Shown: positions 59,670 to 64,000 of the stretch, piece after piece
Numbering within the stretch: position 1 is the first letter of the stretch
How the letters are laid out: each line of letters begins with the position of its first letter
Assembly: GCA_963697835.1 (NCBI GenBank)
Contig: CAVOPG010000004.1
Span: 84,616-148,615 of the forward strand
DNA: 64,000 bases
Source: an uncultured Acidobacteriota bacterium
Lineage (GTDB): Bacteria; Acidobacteriota; Vicinamibacteria; Fen-336
Direction: 5' to 3'
Notes under the pieces: generated by a model
Seen by the model: the letters and a program-made list of their open reading frames with translations, nothing else
Told to the model about the DNA's origin: nothing
The model's database searches: none
Made by a program: the position numbers and the translations under genes

Positions 59670-60824
59670 ATGGCCCTGTCGACGATCCGTCGGCTAGCTG
59701 AAGTGGCTCGGCGGGTCGGCGAGGCGGCCCGGCGGACACCCCGCCTGACGGTGGCCCTCATGATGCTGGCCACCACGCTGCTGGTCTGGGCGCCCTTCCT
59801 CGGCCGGCGCGAGGTGCTCTACGGCTACTGGGACGGCCCCCACTACGTCTATCTGGCACGGACCCTGTACGACGTGCCCGCCGAGCATCCCTTCGCGGCC
59901 TACGGCCTCACGCCGCCCTATTACGCGACGCACCTCCCCGCCTATCCGCTGCTCATCCGGGCCCTGGCGGTGGTGACCCTCGGCCACTACCTCCCGGCGA
60001 TGCTGCTTGCGACCCTCGTGAGCTCCATGGCGGCCGCCGTCCTCTTCCACGAGGTCCTGGTGCGGTTCGAAATGGTGCGCTCGCCCCTGTGGACGGCCAT
60101 CCTGTTCGCAGTGCTGCCGCCCCGGTGGGTCGTCTACCACTCGGTCGGCGCGAGCGAGCCTCTCTTCTTGTGTTTCGTGTTCCTGGCCCTGCTGGGCTAC
60201 CGGGCCCGTCGCCCCTGGGCGTTGGTGTCGTTCATCGCCCTGGCGTCGCTCACGCGGATCATGGGCGTGCTGCTCGTCCCCGCCTTCGTCGCGTCCGCTC
60301 TTCTCGAGCGGCGCTTCCGGGAGGCGCTGCTCACCCCCCTCGCCCTCCTCGCGACCCTGGGCCTCTTCCTCTGGCACCTCTACCTCTACGGCGACTTCTT
60401 CGCGTACTTCACGCGGAACCTGGTGCACGCCGGATACATGTCGCGCCGTCCGCTGCTCAACTTCTTCGCCTACGCCGACGCGGGAGTCGCCCACAGCGCC
60501 GAGCTCCATCTCGCTCTGTTCATCGTGTACGGGCTGGGCACCCTGGTCCTCGTCAAGCACCGGCCCGTCTTCACCCTTGCCCTCACCTTCTTCGTCTTCA
60601 ACCTCTTCGTGCTCCACTCCGACCTCTCACGTGTGTTCCTGCCCCTGGCTCCCTTCGCCTTGCTCGTCGGCTTCGACGGCGTGCTGTCCCAACGGGCCTG
60701 CCGATGGGCCCTGCCCTTCCTCGTCTACCTTGGTTGCGTCTACGCGTGGCACGTGATCCCGCACAACCTCGTGGTTGCCCCGGTCTACCAGGCGCTCCTG
60801 CGCGCCCTCGCCCCGTCCCCCTGA
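59670..60824 (+). CDS. polytopic membrane protein (GT-C/PMT-like glycosyltransferase fold suspected)
   Basis: About 10 hydrophobic helices. ATG 59670 follows GGAG, and the track ORF starts at GTG 59634. Confidence 0.5.
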   Translation: MALSTIRRLAEVARRVGEAARRTPRLTVALMMLATTLLVWAPFLGRREVLYGYWDGPHYVYLARTLYDVPAEHPFAAYGLTPPYYATHLPAYPLLIRALAVVTLGHYLPAMLLATLVSSMAAAVLFHEVLVRFEMVRSPLWTAILFAVLPPRWVVYHSVGASEPLFLCFVFLALLGYRARRPWALVSFIALASLTRIMGVLLVPAFVASALLERRFREALLTPLALLATLGLFLWHLYLYGDFFAYFTRNLVHAGYMSRRPLLNFFAYADAGVAHSAELHLALFIVYGLGTLVLVKHRPVFTLALTFFVFNLFVLHSDLSRVFLPLAPFALLVGFDGVLSQRACRWALPFLVYLGCVYAWHVIPHNLVVAPVYQALLRALAPSP

Positions 60825-60856
60825 GGACGAAGCTCGTGCCGGACGCCGGAGCGAGT

Positions 60857-60899
60857 GGACCGCTCCTGGCCGGGGTGCGCCGGATACTGGCCTGGTGCG
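60857..60899 (+). promoter_or_regulatory. conserved 43-nt promoter/operator-like motif, copy 2
   Basis: GGACCGCTCCTGGCCGGGGTGCGCCGGATACTGGCCTGGTGCG. GATACT (60883-60888) is followed 6 nt later by GTG start 60895. Confidence 0.45.
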
Positions 60900-61902
60900 A
60901 GTGCTGTTCGTCTCCGACACCCACCTCGGCTTCGACCTGCCCGCACGGCCACGGGTCGAGCGGCGCCGCCGTGGCCCCGACTTCTTCGCCTGCTTCGCCC
61001 GCGCTCTCGAGCCCGCGCTGCGCGGTGAGGCCGACGTCGTCGTCCACGGCGGGGATCTGCTGTACCGCAGCCGGGTCCCGGCCTCGCTCGTCTACCGCGC
61101 GCTGCAGCCTTTGCTGCGAGTCGCCGACCTCGGGGTGCCCGTCCTGCTCGTCCCTGGAAACCACGAGCGCGCCGCGATCCCCTACCCGCTCCTGGCGGCG
61201 CATGAGCACCTTCACGTGTTCCATGGCCCGTCCACGGTCGTGGTCGAGCGGCGGGGGCTGCGCGTGGCATTCGCCGGTTTCCCCTGCGCGCGCGCCGTGC
61301 GCCGCGCGTTCCCGGCGCTGCTCGCCGCCACGGGCTACCGCGAGGGAGAGGCGGACGCGCGGGTCGTCTGCATCCACCAGTGCGTCGAAGGAGCCACGTG
61401 CGGGCCGCCGCCCGGGTACACGTTCCGGGACGGGGACGACGTGGTGCGGGCGGGCGACCTTCCGGATGACGCGGCCGTGGTGCTCTCCGGGCACGTGCAC
61501 CGGCACCAGGTCCTCCGTCGCGACCTCCGCGGGCGACCCCTCCCCGTGCCGGTCGTCTACGCGGGCTCGGTGGAGCGAACGTCCTTCGCGGAGCGGGACG
61601 AGGTCAAGGGCTTCGTGATGGCCACGATCGGCAGCGGGAGGCCGGGTGGGCGTCTCGTCGCCTGCGAGTTCCGGCCGCTACCCGCCCGCCCGATGCGCGT
61701 GCACGAGGTGACCGACGCCTCTGCCGCCTGCCTGGAGCGCGAGATCCGCGGCGCGATCGCGGCTTTCCCGCCGGACGTCGTGCTTCAAGTGCGCGTGAGC
61801 GAGGCCCTGGCCGGCGCCGAGCCGCTCCGCGCGGCTCGTCTCCGCGCGATCGCCCCACCCACCGCGAACGTCACCGTCTCCGTTCGCCCGGGTTACCGTT
61901 GA
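60895..61902 (+). CDS. Mre11/SbcD-like calcineurin-family metallophosphoesterase (DNA-repair exonuclease type)
   Basis: Phosphoesterase motifs are VLFVSDTHLG, HGGDLL, PGNHE and SGHVHRH. Confidence 0.75.
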   Translation: MRVLFVSDTHLGFDLPARPRVERRRRGPDFFACFARALEPALRGEADVVVHGGDLLYRSRVPASLVYRALQPLLRVADLGVPVLLVPGNHERAAIPYPLLAAHEHLHVFHGPSTVVVERRGLRVAFAGFPCARAVRRAFPALLAATGYREGEADARVVCIHQCVEGATCGPPPGYTFRDGDDVVRAGDLPDDAAVVLSGHVHRHQVLRRDLRGRPLPVPVVYAGSVERTSFAERDEVKGFVMATIGSGRPGGRLVACEFRPLPARPMRVHEVTDASAACLEREIRGAIAAFPPDVVLQVRVSEALAGAEPLRAARLRAIAPPTANVTVSVRPGYR

Positions 61903-62906
61903 TTCCAGAGCAGCTCGATCGTCACGCCGCCGATCGCGCTCGTGTCGGCGTAGGCGAAGCGCCCTGAGCCCGGTTTGCCCTTCTCGCCCCAGGCCCCCGA
62001 CTGGACGATCGGAACGCCGACCGCCTCCCACGCCCTGGCCGCCGCGTCGATGTCGGGCACGTCGAAGGCGAGGTGGTGGAGTCCTTCTCCGTGAGCCTTC
62101 AGGAAGTCCGAGTACACCGTCGGCCCCTGCAGCGGCTCGATCCACTCCCAGGTCACGGTCCCGTGCCGGTGCCAGCCCAGCTTCTGGTCGAAGCGGCCGG
62201 GCTCGCCGTGGTAGCGCAGATCGCTGAGCGGCGGGTGCGTGACGTCCATCGCCGGGAAGCCGAAGCGCTCCCAGTAGTCGGACACGGGCCGGAGGTTCTC
62301 GACGACGAGCGCGTATTGCGAGAGCTTGACCGGGAACGGCGGCCCTGCGGCGGTCGTCGCCGCTTCCGCCGGGACTGCCGCCGGCGGCTCCCCGTGAACC
62401 AGCCCGAGCACGTACTTGCCCTGCGGCTCCGTGTCCATGTGGACGATCGTCAGCGCGCCGGCCCCGGAGGGCACCTGCGCCCTCTGGAGGACGCCTACTC
62501 CCAGCGCCGAGAGCCGCGACACCTCGACCTCGAGCGCGGCGAGGCTCGGAGCCTCGTAGTTGAGGCTGAAGACGCCCTCGCCGTGCCGCGCCAGGAACTC
62601 GGCGAGCGCGTTCTCGCCCTCGACCGGCTGCAGCCAGACGACGTCGAGGCCGGCGAGGCGCGTCGTCGCGACCCGGAGCCGCGCGGTCCCCGACCGCCCC
62701 CGGAACGAGCCGGCCACCGTGATCTCGCCGAGATCCCGGACGGCGCGGAAGCCGAGCCGGGACCAGGCGGCCTTCGTCGCGTCGAGGTCGCGCACGACCC
62801 AGTGGACGCTCGCCACCTTCCGATAGATCTCGGGGGTCTCGGCCGCGGCCAGCGAGACGCTCGCGGCGAGCCCGAGTGCGACCCATCCGAAGCCGTATGC
62901 CCTCAT
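61893..62906 (-). CDS. tandem VOC (glyoxalase/bleomycin-resistance/dioxygenase) domain protein, secreted
   Basis: ATG 62906 with a signal peptide. There are repeated VOC-like modules (HWVVRDLDATKAAWSRLGF, GEGVFSLNYE, YALVVENLRPVSDYWERFGF, GEGLHHLAFDV). The 3' end overlaps convergent gene 60895..61902 by 10 nt. Confidence 0.65.
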   Translation of the reverse strand: MRAYGFGWVALGLAASVSLAAAETPEIYRKVASVHWVVRDLDATKAAWSRLGFRAVRDLGEITVAGSFRGRSGTARLRVATTRLAGLDVVWLQPVEGENALAEFLARHGEGVFSLNYEAPSLAALEVEVSRLSALGVGVLQRAQVPSGAGALTIVHMDTEPQGKYVLGLVHGEPPAAVPAEAATTAAGPPFPVKLSQYALVVENLRPVSDYWERFGFPAMDVTHPPLSDLRYHGEPGRFDQKLGWHRHGTVTWEWIEPLQGPTVYSDFLKAHGEGLHHLAFDVPDIDAAARAWEAVGVPIVQSGAWGEKGKPGSGRFAYADTSAIGGVTIELLWNQR

Positions 62907-63008
62907 GGTCGCCGAGGATACCACCGCCCGGCCACGCACCCCTCGAGTGCGCGTCTGCGCCGCGCACTTGCGGCGCGGACGGCGTTGCTCGATGATCCGA
63001 TGGAGATC

Positions 63009-64000
63009 ATGAGAGTCAGAAGGTCCGTGGCGTGGATTCTGGCGTTCTGGGCGGTAACGGCGGTCGAAGTCGCGGCCGGAGCTCCGGTGCACGTCCAGAT
63101 CGTGGACGACGCCACGGGTCAGACGGTTGCCGCCCGGGCCTACCTGTGGCGAGAGGGAGCGCCTGTCCTGCCCGTGGGGTTCTCATCCTACGACCGGGGC
63201 GACGAAAGGCATTTCCTGGTTGCGGGGGATTTCGAGCTCGACCTCGACCCCGGGAAGTACAGGCTCAGGATCGAGCGTGGGCTGGAATACGAACCCATCG
63301 AGCTCGACCTGGCCGGCCCTCGGAGCACGACCGTTCCGGTCCGATTGCGCCGCTGGATCGACATGAAGGGCGACGGCTGGTACTCGGCGGACATGCATGT
63401 CCACCGCGACCCCGCGGAGATTCCCCTGATTCTGCGCGCCGAGGACCTCAACTTCGTGCCCACGATCACGACCCACGTCTGGAGCACCGAGGTTAGCCAG
63501 CCCTGGAAGTGGCCGTCGGAGTTCCCCGTGAGGGTCGAGCCCGACCGGCTCTTCACCGCCAACTCCCAGGAAGTGGAGCGCATCCAGGGAGGTCCGGGGG
63601 CCGTCATTCTCCTGGCCAAGGGGCTGCCTCTCCCGTTCGAGGGATACGAGCTTCATCCTCCGGCGGTCGCCTACACGCGAAAGGCCCACGAGATGGGAGG
63701 CTTCGTCGAAGGTGACAAGCCGTTCTGGGTCGATACCTTCGTCAATGCCGCCCTCGGCGAGATCGACTTCATCGAGCTGAACTGCAACCACTTCCTGCCG
63801 AGGTTGGTCGACACGGACCTGGCTCCCTGGTCGCACTGGCCGATCGAGTTCGGCTACCGGGGCAACCGGGGCTTCGCGCTCTGGATGATGGACCTCTACT
63901 ACCGCATCCTGAACTCGGGAATCGAGCTTCCTTTGTCGGCGGGGTCGGCCAACGGGGTCAAGGCGACCCCGGTCGGCTACGACCGCGTCTACGTCCGGCT
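63009..64000 (+). CDS. secreted PHP/CehA-McbA-like metallohydrolase (3' end outside window)
   Basis: This ORF is not in the supplied track. My translation from ATG 63009 is open to the window end. It has a signal peptide (MRVRRSVAWILAFWAVTAVEVAAGA) and the motif GDGWYSADMHVHRD. Confidence 0.5.
   Translation, partial: MRVRRSVAWILAFWAVTAVEVAAGAPVHVQIVDDATGQTVAARAYLWREGAPVLPVGFSSYDRGDERHFLVAGDFELDLDPGKYRLRIERGLEYEPIELDLAGPRSTTVPVRLRRWIDMKGDGWYSADMHVHRDPAEIPLILRAEDLNFVPTITTHVWSTEVSQPWKWPSEFPVRVEPDRLFTANSQEVERIQGGPGAVILLAKGLPLPFEGYELHPPAVAYTRKAHEMGGFVEGDKPFWVDTFVNAALGEIDFIELNCNHFLPRLVDTDLAPWSHWPIEFGYRGNRGFALWMMDLYYRILNSGIELPLSAGSANGVKATPVGYDRVYVR

Overview
High-GC (roughly 70% by eye) bacterial chromosomal segment, densely coding on both strands. 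I count about 50 protein-coding genes and recognised no rRNA, tRNA or CRISPR array. The gene content is an orphan ADOP-type duplicated FtsX permease, many Sec/TAT-exported Gfo/Idh/MocA oxidoreductases and glycoside hydrolases, TolB-propeller Ser/Thr kinases and an RHS fragment. This suggests an Acidobacteriota-like soil bacterium, which is inference only. Main observations follow. (1) A thioredoxin-fold + TPR gene carries an in-frame TGA exactly at the first Cys of its CxxC motif (WAPW-TGA-HTC), followed by a long hairpin, so it is a candidate selenoprotein. (2) An unusual number of genes are disrupted, and all 17 small frame breaks I could resolve have the same polarity (one extra nucleotide), are clumped, and share no slippery motif. 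One hydrolase gene is also eroded by three large internal deletions, and a roughly 70-nt kinase relic is present. (3) A 43-nt motif occurs twice. Each copy ends in a -10-like GATACT placed 6 nt before the GTG start of a nuclease-type gene (DnaQ-like/GIY-YIG fusion and Mre11/SbcD-like phosphoesterase), suggesting a shared, leaderless, possibly DNA-damage-type promoter. (4) A translationally coupled GDP-mannose-3,5-epimerase-like gene and a giant fucokinase/guanylyltransferase-like gene sit next to an HNH-endonuclease island of lower GC. All functional calls come from motifs recognised by eye, and no searches were run. CDS ends come from the supplied ORF track, starts were chosen by me, and frame-break positions are good to about +/-10 nt.
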